Assembly: GCA_017935265.1 (NCBI GenBank)
Contig: JAGBHX010000062.1
Span: 306 to 64,305, forward strand
DNA: 64,000 bases
Origin: Clostridia bacterium
GTDB taxonomy: Bacteria; Bacillota; Clostridia; Oscillospirales; Acutalibacteraceae
Direction: 5' to 3'
Position numbers and translations under genes: made by a program. The notes beneath the pieces are model-generated. The model was not told the origin of the DNA. It saw only the letters and a program-made list of their open reading frames with translations, and searched no databases. This document shows, in pieces, positions 1 to 9,748 of the stretch; position 1 is the first letter of the stretch, and every line of letters begins with the position of its first letter.

Positions 1-44
1 CCCTTTGTTCAGTTTTGAAGGTGCGTAACCTAATATGTTTTTTT

Positions 45-72
45 AACCGCAGAATCGTCTGCGGTTTTTTGT
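45..72 (+). terminator. Rho-independent terminator
   Basis: Hairpin AACCGCAGA/TCTGCGGTT followed by a T-run at the left edge of the window. Confidence 0.6.
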
Positions 73-208
73 TTTATAAAATGGTTTATAGAATTACATA
101 ACTTGACAAGGATATGCACCAAAGATATAATTGAATTGCGATATAATGTCTTTTTCAATTTATCGAAATATGACTATGAAGTTGCATTGAAAGAATATCA
201 TATTAAAG

Positions 209-490
209 GTGGATGTAATGAGTAATTGGATTGAGGAATATAGCTATCTCGACTTAAAAAACGGAGAGATTAAATTCATTTGTGACGATGACCAGGATAT
301 GATTGAAATTCGTTATGATGACGGAATGTTGATTGATGTCGGCTATGTTGAAGATGATAGAAAGTACTATATAACGGTTGTTAAATCAAATGATGAAAAC
401 GGCTGGCAGAATCCTCTTGAAATAGTTGAGGTTGATCTAAAAGAAGTCTTGTCTGCTGAAATTCAAAAAATTGTTATAAAATACAGATAA
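209..490 (+). CDS. Small acidic hypothetical protein (93 aa from GTG 209; ATG 218 after AAAGGTGGA is the likelier start)
   Basis: Isolated ORF with RBS-like AAAGGTGGA, flanked by terminators; no recognisable motif. Confidence 0.5.
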   Translation: MDVMSNWIEEYSYLDLKNGEIKFICDDDQDMIEIRYDDGMLIDVGYVEDDRKYYITVVKSNDENGWQNPLEIVEVDLKEVLSAEIQKIVIKYR

Positions 491-804
491 AAGATGCAAA
501 TTTTGTCGTTCTACTTTGAAAGACAGGGGACGGTTCTATGTTTTGACCGAATAACCGCCCCTAAAAAACAAATACATAACCCATGATTCCCTCCGGCGTT
601 AATTCGTCAGAGGGGATTTTTTTATTTATTGTTCCGTTTTATCAAGTCAGGCTACTGCGCTGCACCTGGTGTCGTAAATTTATTTTGCCGCTGTGTGACA
701 CATAGCGGTTTTTGTTTTTGCTTTATTTCCTTTTATCGGTTGACTTATTGATTGATTTGTAATATTATTAGTATGTCTATAAATATCTATGGGAGGATAT
801 TTCC

Positions 805-3414
805 ATGAGAAATTCAAAATTCAGAAAAGTAATAGCTTTTGTTCTTGCTTTTGCTTTGGTGCTCGGTGTAACATCCGTAGCTACCTTTGCGGCATCCGGA
901 CCTCTTTTTGTGATGTCTGATGCTGAAACAAGACAGGGCGAGGAGTTTGAAATTGTGGTCAAATTTGCGCGTGACATCACACCTGAGCTTGACCCCATTG
1001 CTGCTCTTGACGTTACCCTTTCCTTTGACAGCAATGTATATTCTGTTGTAAGCATGGAAAATGGTGAGGGTCTCAACAAGGCTTTGGAGGGTATCACCTC
1101 AGGTGACTCAAACCTTGAAAATGACTACATTTTCAGCACAAGTGCCAATACCCCCGGCGAGGTTAACTGGAGCCTGATTACTCTTTCATCTTTCACTTTT
1201 GTTGAGGGTGAAGAGTTTATGAAAATCAGATTTAAGGCAAACGATTTGTCCGACCTTACCAAGCGTCTTAATATGACAATCAAAGTTACAAGTGCCGCTG
1301 CTCCCGAAACCCTTGAGGATGTCACCGGCAAATTTACTCCATACACCAATAAAATGGAGGTTGAAGCCAACCTCACAGCAATGTGTGACTGGGAATACAG
1401 CCTTGCACACGGCGGTTATGTGCTTGTTAAATTCAACGCAGAAAACGTTGAAACATTCACAATTCCCGACAAATATGACAACCCCACCACCTTGCTTGGC
1501 GCAATTCCTGTTGTTTCAATCAAAAATGATGCTTTCCGTGAAAACAAGGGCATTAAAAAGATTGTTCTCGGCAAAAACATAGACACCGTCGGCACAGCTG
1601 CATTTTTCCGTTGTGAAAATCTCGAGAAGGTTGTTGTATATTCCAAAGATACACGCTTTGGTGCAAACTGCTTCTACGGCGCTGACGAAAATCTTGTTAT
1701 TAAGTGCCTTGAAGGCTCAGAGGCCGACCTTTATGCACAGAAAAACAACATTAAGGTTGAGTATTTTGAAAGCGTAGCAGACAGTTCCTGCAAGGGCACG
1801 GACGAAAAGGTTTATTACACAGGAAGTCCGGTTAAGCTTTCAAACCTCAGAGTTTACAACTCAAAGAATCAGTTTATGAGGCTTGGTGTTGATTATGTTG
1901 TTTCTTATGAAAACAACACAGAGATCGGCACAGCAAAGCTTATTATCACAGGCCGCGGAGAATATGTTGGCACAAAAGAGGTTGAATTTGAAATTCTCTG
2001 CCCCTATCACTCCGAAGAGCACGCTTGCTACACAGAGCAGGTTATATATCCGGACTGTGAAGCCGGCGGTTATATCGTAAAGGACTGCACATTCTGCGGA
2101 CTTCACGATGACACTACTGTTGCCCCCGCAAAGGAGCACGGCGAGATTACCGAAATTGCTGACCCTGATGCAACATGCACTCAGACCGGCGTGAAAAAAT
2201 TTGTGTGCAAGGATTGCACAAAGGTTCTCTCAACCGAGGAAATTCCTCTGAAGGACCACGCTGCTGCTGAAGATGCAGAATGGGTTACAGTTGAAGAAGC
2301 AACCTGCGAAAAAGAGGGTAAGGAAGTTCTTTATTGCGCAGACTGTGACTATGTTATTGAAGAAAGAGCTATTCCTGTTCTGGATGACCATGTTATTGAG
2401 TGGGTCGTAACAACCGAGCCCACCTGCACACAGGACGGTGTTGAAACATTGCAGTGCCGCTTCTGCGGTTATCACGAAGGTGAAACAGCTGAAACACAAG
2501 CAGTTCCTGCAGGCCACAAAATGGGCGAATGGGTTGAGGTTGCTCCTGCAACCTGCGACGAAGACGGTCTTAAAAAGAGAAACTGTGTTCTTTGCCAGGA
2601 AAAGCCTGAGGAAGAAGTTCTTCCCAAAACAGGCCACAAAGAAGGCGAGTGGATCACTCTTGCTGAGCTTACCTGCACGGTTGACGGCATAAAGGTTAAG
2701 TATTGCACAACCTGCGGTGACGAGCTTGACAGAGAAGTAACAACTGCACCCGGTCACAGTGAGGGCGAATGGGAAGTTGTTTCTGAGCTTACCTGCACAC
2801 AGGACGGTGTGAAGAAGCTTCACTGCTCAGTGTGTGACACTGTTTATAAAACAGAAACCGAAACACACGAGGGTCATAAATCCGGAGTTTGGAAAACTGT
2901 TGCCGCAACTTGCGCAAAGCCCGGTGCTAAAAATCACTACTGCTCAGTTTGTGATGAAATATATGAAAGCACACCTATCAAGCAGCTTGATCACACACCC
3001 GGCGAATGGGAAGTTGTTGCCGAACCCACATGCACCTTGGCAGGTATGAGACACAAGGTTTGCCTTGTTTGCGGTGAAGCCACAGAAACCGAAGAGCTTG
3101 AAGCAACAGAACACAACTATGTGAGAACAACCGAAAAGGCTGCCACTTACAGAAACGAGGGTCAGGATAAGCTTGCTTGTGACAAGTGCGATTTGGTCAG
3201 CAGATATATTCCCACCAAGAAGCTTAATGCTGACATTGACAGTGACGGAACAATCACTTCTGCCGACGCTTTGCTTATTCTTCAGCACTCAACAGGTCTT
3301 AAGACTCTTGAGGGTGACGCTTTGAGAAATGCAAACCTTGACGGTGTCGGTGTTGCAAACTCAGCTGATGCTTTGATTGTTATTCAGATTGCAACAGGAC
3401 TTATAATTTTATAA
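805..3414 (+). CDS. Secreted multidomain surface protein: signal peptide, cohesin-like domain, BspA-type leucine-rich repeats, Ig-like domain, about 10 His/Cys repeats, C-terminal dockerin
   Basis: N-terminal hydrophobic signal (VLAFALVLGVTSVATFAA). Cohesin-like segment (EEFEIVVKF..ALDVTLSFD). LRR_5-like FTIP..IKNDAF..L..VVL. Repeated H-x-GEW-x-C-x5-G-x5-C-xx-C units. Two Ca-loop dockerin segments DIDSDGTITSADA and NLDGVGVANSADA. RBS GGGAGGA upstream. Confidence 0.85.
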   Translation: MRNSKFRKVIAFVLAFALVLGVTSVATFAASGPLFVMSDAETRQGEEFEIVVKFARDITPELDPIAALDVTLSFDSNVYSVVSMENGEGLNKALEGITSGDSNLENDYIFSTSANTPGEVNWSLITLSSFTFVEGEEFMKIRFKANDLSDLTKRLNMTIKVTSAAAPETLEDVTGKFTPYTNKMEVEANLTAMCDWEYSLAHGGYVLVKFNAENVETFTIPDKYDNPTTLLGAIPVVSIKNDAFRENKGIKKIVLGKNIDTVGTAAFFRCENLEKVVVYSKDTRFGANCFYGADENLVIKCLEGSEADLYAQKNNIKVEYFESVADSSCKGTDEKVYYTGSPVKLSNLRVYNSKNQFMRLGVDYVVSYENNTEIGTAKLIITGRGEYVGTKEVEFEILCPYHSEEHACYTEQVIYPDCEAGGYIVKDCTFCGLHDDTTVAPAKEHGEITEIADPDATCTQTGVKKFVCKDCTKVLSTEEIPLKDHAAAEDAEWVTVEEATCEKEGKEVLYCADCDYVIEERAIPVLDDHVIEWVVTTEPTCTQDGVETLQCRFCGYHEGETAETQAVPAGHKMGEWVEVAPATCDEDGLKKRNCVLCQEKPEEEVLPKTGHKEGEWITLAELTCTVDGIKVKYCTTCGDELDREVTTAPGHSEGEWEVVSELTCTQDGVKKLHCSVCDTVYKTETETHEGHKSGVWKTVAATCAKPGAKNHYCSVCDEIYESTPIKQLDHTPGEWEVVAEPTCTLAGMRHKVCLVCGEATETEELEATEHNYVRTTEKAATYRNEGQDKLACDKCDLVSRYIPTKKLNADIDSDGTITSADALLILQHSTGLKTLEGDALRNANLDGVGVANSADALIVIQIATGLIIL

Positions 3415-3420
3415 AAGCTC

Positions 3421-3452
3421 AAAGGCTTGTGTCTTAACGGACACAAGCCTTT
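3421..3452. terminator. Bidirectional Rho-independent terminator between convergent genes
   Basis: Perfect 13-bp stem AAAGGCTTGTGTC/GACACAAGCCTTT, with A/T runs on both sides. Confidence 0.8.
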
Positions 3453-3454
3453 TG

Positions 3455-4633
3455 TCAGTTTTCGGCGGTTACTTCAAGGGGGATTTCTGCGCCGATGTTT
3501 TCATAGCTTGTGAAAATACCCTTTGCTTCAAATGAACTTTGCTGTTGAGAAAAGGAAATTTCACTGCTGATGATTTGCTTCCCTTTTGAAAACTGAGAAA
3601 AATCGTTCATAAATTTGCCTGCGGAAATCAATCTCGCCTTTTCTGGTGAGATTTTTTTGTTTTCCTCTTTTTTTGAGAAATATTGTGTAACGGTTATTCC
3701 TACAGGTAATGTTTTTTCGCCGTAAACCAACATCTTGCTGTGCTTAAATTTTTGTGAAAAATCTGCAGGCTTTTGCCCTATGGGCAGATTGATGCCGAAA
3801 AATCGAAGCGAATATGTTTTTGAAACAGGGATGTATTCTGTGCACGGTGAGGTAAAGCTGACGGAAGATGAAATTTCTGTTTCGGTGCGCCCGACGGCAT
3901 AGCCCGAAGCGTGAACGAGGGAAACGCTTTCGTCTTTGTTGACGGCAAATCCGCCGATGAGCACATCGCCCTTTAAAACGGAGCTGAAAACCTTCGCCTG
4001 CTGAGTGCCCCGATACGGTTCCAGAATAACAAGCTGGGCATCCTTTGATGAAACTATGTTATATGCGCCGTCTTTGTTTTCAATTTTCGGGGATTCGGTG
4101 GATTGAGTGACATCAATATAAACACAGCAGCCGTTAACACGAATTGCCGCCCAGGAAAGTTCTTCCACGGCCTCACAGGTATCAAGGGAGAGCTGAACAA
4201 CGTTTAATTCGTCGGTCCTTTTGCCGATTTCAAGGCCGGCTTTTTCGGTGGCGGCCAAAATTATATCCTCGGCAACGGTGCTATTTCCGCTGATTTCGAC
4301 AATCCACACGCGATTTGATAAAACAGAAATGCACACCACAAAAAACAGCATTCCTACGGCAAGGCCAACACGCGGACGCAATTTTCTGAGAATAAACGGC
4401 AGGCCGACTGAACGCACCTTTTTAATTTTCACTCCGCTGTTTCGGGCGCATACAGCAATTCTGCGATACCCGTCAATTGTGGTGCGGGCGGTAAAATATC
4501 CGTCGTGATAAGCAACGCTCCACAAGGGGATTTCGTGAACGGAGCAAAGATTTATAAATCTTTCGCTGAAGCCGCCCGTGCCTTTGAACACGGCAAATCC
4601 CGTGATATATCTTAAAAGTTCAACCAGAAACAT
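3455..4633 (-). CDS. yqfD: Sporulation protein YqfD (stage IV sporulation)
   Basis: Start taken at MFLVELLRYITGF (ATG 4633, RBS GGGTGA), 5 nt after the yqfC stop. Typical YqfD N-terminus, one TM segment and position downstream of yqfC. Confidence 0.8.
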   Translation of the reverse strand: MFLVELLRYITGFAVFKGTGGFSERFINLCSVHEIPLWSVAYHDGYFTARTTIDGYRRIAVCARNSGVKIKKVRSVGLPFILRKLRPRVGLAVGMLFFVVCISVLSNRVWIVEISGNSTVAEDIILAATEKAGLEIGKRTDELNVVQLSLDTCEAVEELSWAAIRVNGCCVYIDVTQSTESPKIENKDGAYNIVSSKDAQLVILEPYRGTQQAKVFSSVLKGDVLIGGFAVNKDESVSLVHASGYAVGRTETEISSSVSFTSPCTEYIPVSKTYSLRFFGINLPIGQKPADFSQKFKHSKMLVYGEKTLPVGITVTQYFSKKEENKKISPEKARLISAGKFMNDFSQFSKGKQIISSEISFSQQQSSFEAKGIFTSYENIGAEIPLEVTAEN

Positions 4634-4637
4634 AAAT

Positions 4638-4898
4638 TCACCCAATTTCAACCGAAGATATATGGCCGTCAATGGTGGCCTGACCGCAGGAAAAGCTTCT
4701 TATTGTCAGGCAATTACCGATAACACTGACAACGGTGTTGCCTAAATTCAGGCGGATAACACCGTCGCCGTATTCACTGACATTTTTGCAGCCGTCAACC
4801 ACGGCGCAGGAATTAAAAATTTCGATGTGATAACCGTTCTTCGTCAGGTCCTCAGGCAAATCAAACCGTTGAAGAAAAGAGGATTTATTGTTTTTCAT
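4638..4898 (-). CDS. yqfC: YabP/YqfC family sporulation protein
   Basis: 86 aa, YabP-like sequence (DLPEDLTKNGYHIEI..G..V..YGDGVIRL), immediately upstream of yqfD. Confidence 0.8.
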   Translation of the reverse strand: MKNNKSSFLQRFDLPEDLTKNGYHIEIFNSCAVVDGCKNVSEYGDGVIRLNLGNTVVSVIGNCLTIRSFSCGQATIDGHISSVEIG

Positions 4899-4946
4899 AA
4901 AATTCTCCTGTTGTTAAAGTGTTTGTTCGCTCATATATATTTATGG

Positions 4947-5996
4947 GTGATTGAGTTGAATAATGCCATTAAAATAGTATTCAGATTTTTGGCGGCAACA
5001 ACGGTTGCAATTCTTTTTGCGGTTAAGCCTCAGGCTTCGTCACAGGGAGCAAGACAGGCGCTGGAGCTTTGCTTTTCAACGGTTATACCCTCGCTTTTTC
5101 CGTTTATGACTGTGTCGGGATACATACTTAATTGTGATATGCTGTCGGTGCTCGGCAAGAGAAGCGAAAGGCTGTGCCGTTTTCTTTTTGATTTGCCGAA
5201 AGAGGCGGGAATGATTTTTGTGATGAGTATGCTCGGCGGCTTTCCCGTGGGCGCCTCGCTGATTGACGACAGCGTGCAAAAAGGCAGGCTCACTCTCAAT
5301 CAGGCAAGGCGTATGCTTCTGTTTTGCGTAAATCCGGGTCCTGCTTTTGTGATTAACATTGTGGGTGTGTCTATGCTCGGCAGTCAGCGTGCGGGGGTTA
5401 TTATTCTTGTGAGTCTGTTTCTGTCTTCTCTTATAACGGGAATAATTTCGCGGATTTTTAAACACGGTGAAGAATCCCGACATTTTTCGACATCTTCCGA
5501 CACAGATTCTCCGCTGATTTTGTCGGTTAAAAAAAGTATAAGCGCTATTATCGGTGTCTGCGGTTGGATTGTGATTTTTTCAGCTTTTCTCGGGGTTATA
5601 AATTCCTTTTCGCTTAATGAAACGGCTAAGCAATGGCTGAATATGCTTGCAGAGGTTACGGTGGGTTGCGGAATTTCTGCCAAAAGCTTTCCTTTGCCGA
5701 TAACTGTGTTGCTTTTGGGCTGGTCCGGAGTCTGCGTTCATCTTCAATTGATGCCTTGTATTTCTGCCTGCAAGCTTAAATATAAGCACTTCGCTGTGGC
5801 AAGGATTTTTAACGGTGTGGTGGGTATGGGAATTTCACGGGTTTTGTTCCGAATATTTCCTTGTGAAGCGGAGGTGTTTTCAAATGCAGGTGAAATATTG
5901 CCGCGTGCAGTGTCAATTTCTGTGCCTGCAACAGCAGGGCTGCTTTTTTTGTCAGCTTTGATGATTTTAGACCTTGCCCCCAAAAGAAAAGTATGA
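4947..5996 (+). CDS. ylbJ: Sporulation integral membrane protein YlbJ-like (nucleoside-recognition/Gate domain)
   Basis: Polytopic membrane protein with FSTVIPSLFPFMTVSGYI motif. The ORF opens at 4827 but that would overlap yqfC, so the GTG at 4947 is proposed; the start remains uncertain. Confidence 0.7.
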   Translation: MIELNNAIKIVFRFLAATTVAILFAVKPQASSQGARQALELCFSTVIPSLFPFMTVSGYILNCDMLSVLGKRSERLCRFLFDLPKEAGMIFVMSMLGGFPVGASLIDDSVQKGRLTLNQARRMLLFCVNPGPAFVINIVGVSMLGSQRAGVIILVSLFLSSLITGIISRIFKHGEESRHFSTSSDTDSPLILSVKKSISAIIGVCGWIVIFSAFLGVINSFSLNETAKQWLNMLAEVTVGCGISAKSFPLPITVLLLGWSGVCVHLQLMPCISACKLKYKHFAVARIFNGVVGMGISRVLFRIFPCEAEVFSNAGEILPRAVSISVPATAGLLFLSALMILDLAPKRKV

Positions 5997-6256
5997 TAGA
6001 ATATAAAATGAATAGATTTGTTCAAGGAATGATAAAAATGAAAAAGAACATCATTGACAGCAAAGAAGTACCTCAGATTTGCGCAATATGCAGCTTCGGC
6101 ACCGAGCTTGCCGACGGCAGCGGAATCCTTTGCAAAAAAACGGGAATCCGCAAGCCTGACTCCACCTGCAAAAAATTTGAATATGACCCGCTTAAAAGAG
6201 TTCCCCGCAGAGACCCTGTGATACCTAATTTCACAGCGGAGGATTTTGCACTGTAA
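5993..6256 (+). CDS. Small Cys-containing hypothetical protein
   Basis: 87-aa ORF overlapping the ylbJ stop; CAIC...C...C pattern; several possible Met starts. Confidence 0.5.
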   Translation: MIEYKMNRFVQGMIKMKKNIIDSKEVPQICAICSFGTELADGSGILCKKTGIRKPDSTCKKFEYDPLKRVPRRDPVIPNFTAEDFAL

Positions 6257-6257
6257 T

Positions 6258-6962
6258 ATGGCGGAATGTATTATTAAATTCGAGGCTTATCTCGTGCGCC
6301 ACGGTGAATCTATGGGGAACATCGGCCACGGCGGCAGAGATGATGTCAGCTTTACAGACAAAGAAGACCCTGTTCTCAGTCCCGACGGCTTGCGTCAGGC
6401 TCAGCTTCTTGGCAAACGCTTTGAAGCTTTACCGCTGGATTTCGTTTTTTCAAGCGGACTGAGAAGAACCCTTTCAACGGCAAATGAGGTTGTTAAGGCT
6501 CAGCCTGAAAACGGAGCAAAAGAAATTGAAATTATTCCCGAGCTTTCCGAAACAGGTGTGCCCGAAGAATATTTCGGCTTTACTCTTGCCGAATTCAAGC
6601 AAACGTATCCTGTACTCCTTGCAAAGGGAATGGACAGTAAAAGGCTGATTGTTACCTCCAAGGGTACGGATGATTTTTGGAATCTTGAAAGAGCGCAGAA
6701 AATCTGGCAATATCTCCACAACAGATTTAATTCCGGCGAAAAAATTATGCTCACTGCTCACGGCAATTTTAACACTTCACTTTTTCTCAGTGCACTTAAA
6801 ATTCCGCCGCAGACAGGCTTTGACGTGTCCTTCAGCAACACGGGCGTAACCAAATTTATTTTTTATCAAAAAGGGACAGGCCGTTACGGTGACGATGTTG
6901 TGGTTTCATACCTCAACGATACGTCACATCTTTATTCTGAATTTCCCAAGGTGATGTTATGA
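6258..6962 (+). CDS. Histidine phosphatase family protein (phosphoglycerate-mutase-like)
   Basis: LVRHGES catalytic RHG motif near the N-terminus and a later TAHG motif. ATG 6258 lies just after the upstream stop. Confidence 0.8.
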   Translation: MAECIIKFEAYLVRHGESMGNIGHGGRDDVSFTDKEDPVLSPDGLRQAQLLGKRFEALPLDFVFSSGLRRTLSTANEVVKAQPENGAKEIEIIPELSETGVPEEYFGFTLAEFKQTYPVLLAKGMDSKRLIVTSKGTDDFWNLERAQKIWQYLHNRFNSGEKIMLTAHGNFNTSLFLSALKIPPQTGFDVSFSNTGVTKFIFYQKGTGRYGDDVVVSYLNDTSHLYSEFPKVML

Positions 6963-7774
6963 ACAACAAACTGATTAAAATAATATCTCTTCTGATTGTG
7001 CTTTGCACCGTAGTCGGCTTGTGCGCCTGCGGAAAAAACCAGAATGAAGACGATATAAAAACCACAAACCGTCCGGTCACAGTTTCAACGGATTTAACCA
7101 AAACCGTAAAACCCACCGACAAAAACGTGGTTGCCGTTGCCCCCGAGGGGGAGGAGGCTATTCTCAGATACTACAACGGCTCATTGCGCCTTTTCAGAGC
7201 CAATGCTTATGATTTTGTGAAGAAAGAAACATGCACACTTGCCTCCTGCTCAGCAGGCTCGTTGAACTCTGTGGACGGAGCTACGGATTCTTACCGCAAG
7301 GCGCTGAGAAATGCTCTTGGCGATATGATGGGTGTTTCTTCCCTTGAGTCCACATATTTTGCAGGTGACGACGTAACAGAGGCATTCGGACTCAGAGAGC
7401 TTGCCGCTGAGAATATTAGTGAAATGAAAGCATCGGCCGAGGGCAGTAACGTTACACTTGAAATTGTAATTAAAAAGAATTCTCCTGACGGCGGCGATGC
7501 AATTTCTCTGCTGACGAGAGACTTTATGACAAATGAGCGCTTCAATGCCAAAATTTCCGATTATGATGCGAGCTCAACAGGAGCAAGTGTTAAAATCAGC
7601 AATGTAAGGCTAAAAACAGTTATTGACTACTCAACGAGGAATTTTGTTGAGGTAGAAATCAGCTATAACACGTCTTTTTATATGAGTAACCTCAATCTTG
7701 CCTATGTTTCGGGCGGCCCTGTAAATGCGAGCACAAAAAACACAATTAAATACACTGATTTTAAAGAGAATTGA
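6959..7774 (+). CDS. Putative lipoprotein, unknown function
   Basis: Signal peptide with lipobox VGLCAC; ATGA overlap with the upstream gene. Confidence 0.7.
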   Translation: MNNKLIKIISLLIVLCTVVGLCACGKNQNEDDIKTTNRPVTVSTDLTKTVKPTDKNVVAVAPEGEEAILRYYNGSLRLFRANAYDFVKKETCTLASCSAGSLNSVDGATDSYRKALRNALGDMMGVSSLESTYFAGDDVTEAFGLRELAAENISEMKASAEGSNVTLEIVIKKNSPDGGDAISLLTRDFMTNERFNAKISDYDASSTGASVKISNVRLKTVIDYSTRNFVEVEISYNTSFYMSNLNLAYVSGGPVNASTKNTIKYTDFKEN

Positions 7775-7776
7775 TT

Positions 7777-8934
7777 ATGAAAACAAACACCGTTAACGCA
7801 AAATGCACCGCATCAAGAAAATGCTCGGGCTGTCAGCTCAAAAATCTGACCTATCCCGAACAGCTCAGGCTGAAACAAAGCAAAATAAATAAAACTTTGG
7901 CGGGTATATGCAACGTTGAGAGGATTGTTCCGGCACCCGCAGAGTTTCGATACAGAAATAAGGCGAGTGCCGTCTTTTTTGAAGACAGAAGCAAAACCGT
8001 CAGATGGGGTATATATCAGTCTGCAACGGGAGAGGCGGCCGCTGTTGAAAAATGTCTGCTTCAGCCACAGCTTGCCGATGATATTTTTAACACCCTTGCA
8101 CAGCTTATCAAAAGCTTTAAAGTGAGAATATATAACCATCAAACCAAAAAAGGATTTTTGCGAAGCGCAACGGTGAGAGTGGCCGAAGCAACGGGCCGGG
8201 TTATGGTTACCCTTGTGACAAACGAGGGTGAATTTCACAAAGAGAATCAGTTTGTAAACGCACTGGTGAAAAAGCACAGTGAAATTACCACCGTGGTGCG
8301 AAGCGTTTATACCGGCGAAGCCGTAATTATGAACGGCGAAAAGGAAAACACCTTGTTCGGTGAAGGGTATATCGAGGACAAGCTTTGCGGAAAGCTTTTC
8401 AGAATATCCTCACGCTCTTTTTATCAGATAAATTCACTCCAGACTCAGGCGCTTTACCGCAAGGCGGTTGACCTTGCCGAGCTTGACCCCGACAGCACAT
8501 TTCTTGATGCTTATTGCGGCACGGGCACAATTGGTATCATCGCATCGGAAAATGCAAAATGCGGCGTGGGTGTGGAAGTGAATTCGGCTGCTGTTGAGGA
8601 TGCCAAAATTAACGCAGAGCTGAATAAAGCCGATAATATGAGCTTTGTCTGCGGTGATGCAGGCGCATACCTTGAAAAGGAATGCAGAAAAGGTAACGTT
8701 TTTGATGTTGTTTTCACAGATCCGCCAAGGGCAGGCTGCAGCTTGAAATTACTCAAATCTCTCTGCATTGCAAAGCCGAAAAAAATCGTTTATGTTTCCT
8801 GCAATCCCGAAACCCAGGCGAGGGATTTGCGCTTTCTTTTAAAGAACGGATACAACATAAAATCCGCCACACCGTTTGATATGTTTCCGCAGACGGGGCA
8901 CACAGAATGTGCGGTGTTATTGACAAGAGATTAA
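7777..8934 (+). CDS. 23S rRNA (uracil-C5)-methyltransferase, RumA/RlmD(TrmA) family
   Basis: N-terminal Cys cluster CSGCQL, SAM-binding DAYCGTGTIG, catalytic DPPRAG and VSCNP motifs. Confidence 0.85.
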   Translation: MKTNTVNAKCTASRKCSGCQLKNLTYPEQLRLKQSKINKTLAGICNVERIVPAPAEFRYRNKASAVFFEDRSKTVRWGIYQSATGEAAAVEKCLLQPQLADDIFNTLAQLIKSFKVRIYNHQTKKGFLRSATVRVAEATGRVMVTLVTNEGEFHKENQFVNALVKKHSEITTVVRSVYTGEAVIMNGEKENTLFGEGYIEDKLCGKLFRISSRSFYQINSLQTQALYRKAVDLAELDPDSTFLDAYCGTGTIGIIASENAKCGVGVEVNSAAVEDAKINAELNKADNMSFVCGDAGAYLEKECRKGNVFDVVFTDPPRAGCSLKLLKSLCIAKPKKIVYVSCNPETQARDLRFLLKNGYNIKSATPFDMFPQTGHTECAVLLTRD

Positions 8935-9038
8935 ATTAATGTCAAAGAATTTTGACGTAGTATTTTGATGATGTAAAACCGATTTGATTGATTAACCGTA
9001 TTTTTTATCTTAATCTTTGAGTGAAAGGAGAGTTTATT

Positions 9039-9656
9039 ATGGATATTGGTAATAAGCTTAAAAGTGCAAGGATGAACTGCAATTTCACTCAGGAATTTGT
9101 GGCTGAAAAAATCGGAGTCAGCCGCCAGACAATTTCGAACTGGGAGACTAACAAAACATATCCCGATATTGTCAGCGTAATTGCTCTGAGCGATTTGTAC
9201 TCCGTCAGCCTTGACTCTTTACTCAAGGAGGATAAAAAGATGGTAGAATATCTTGAAAACAGCACAAACGTTGTCAAAAGCAGGCAAAAATTATCAAAAT
9301 TGATTATTATTCTTTCTTATATGATAATCTGGGCGGTTTCGGTTGTTGTTTTCTGGGCGGTCAGCGAGGTTGATGCCGCGGTGTATTCAATTCTTGTGCT
9401 GTGGCTGCTTCTCCCTGCCGTTACATTTGTAACTGCCGCACTCATCGGCAGAAATTTTGAAAGCGGCAAAAAATGGCTATGGATCATTTTCTTTGGCGTA
9501 ATGTATTTGCTTGCGGAATATCTTTCCTTCAGCCTTGCAAATATGGTTGCATTCAACAAAATAAATGACCCGAACTTTTCATGTCTGGTTGCGGGCTGTG
9601 CTTTTTCGGCAGTCGGTATGGCAATCGGCCATTTTGTAAAGAAACGAAAAAAATAA
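9039..9656 (+). CDS. XRE-family helix-turn-helix protein with C-terminal membrane domain
   Basis: HTH_3 motif (QEFVAEKIGVSRQTISNWE) followed by about 4 hydrophobic helices; RBS AAGGAG before ATG 9039. Confidence 0.8.
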   Translation: MDIGNKLKSARMNCNFTQEFVAEKIGVSRQTISNWETNKTYPDIVSVIALSDLYSVSLDSLLKEDKKMVEYLENSTNVVKSRQKLSKLIIILSYMIIWAVSVVVFWAVSEVDAAVYSILVLWLLLPAVTFVTAALIGRNFESGKKWLWIIFFGVMYLLAEYLSFSLANMVAFNKINDPNFSCLVAGCAFSAVGMAIGHFVKKRKK

Positions 9657-9748
9657 TAAGATAATCAATTGACGAAACGGGTCGGATGTATTAAAATAAG
9701 TACGGTCCGATTATTTCGCACCCCATTCTTACACTTGGAGGCAAAACT

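Noticed and set aside
209-490. Whether the small acidic 93-aa protein is an immunity or antitoxin-type protein linked to the downstream surface protein.
   Set aside because: It is insulated by terminators on both sides and has no partner gene in the window. It has no motif I can name. It is kept only as a hypothetical CDS.
9657-9748. Possible riboswitch (purine/ZTP-type) in the leader of the PurF-like gene.
   Set aside because: Only a plausible promoter (TTGACG-17-TAAAAT) and about 45 nt of leader are present. I could not find the conserved cores of the purine or ZTP (pfl) motifs.
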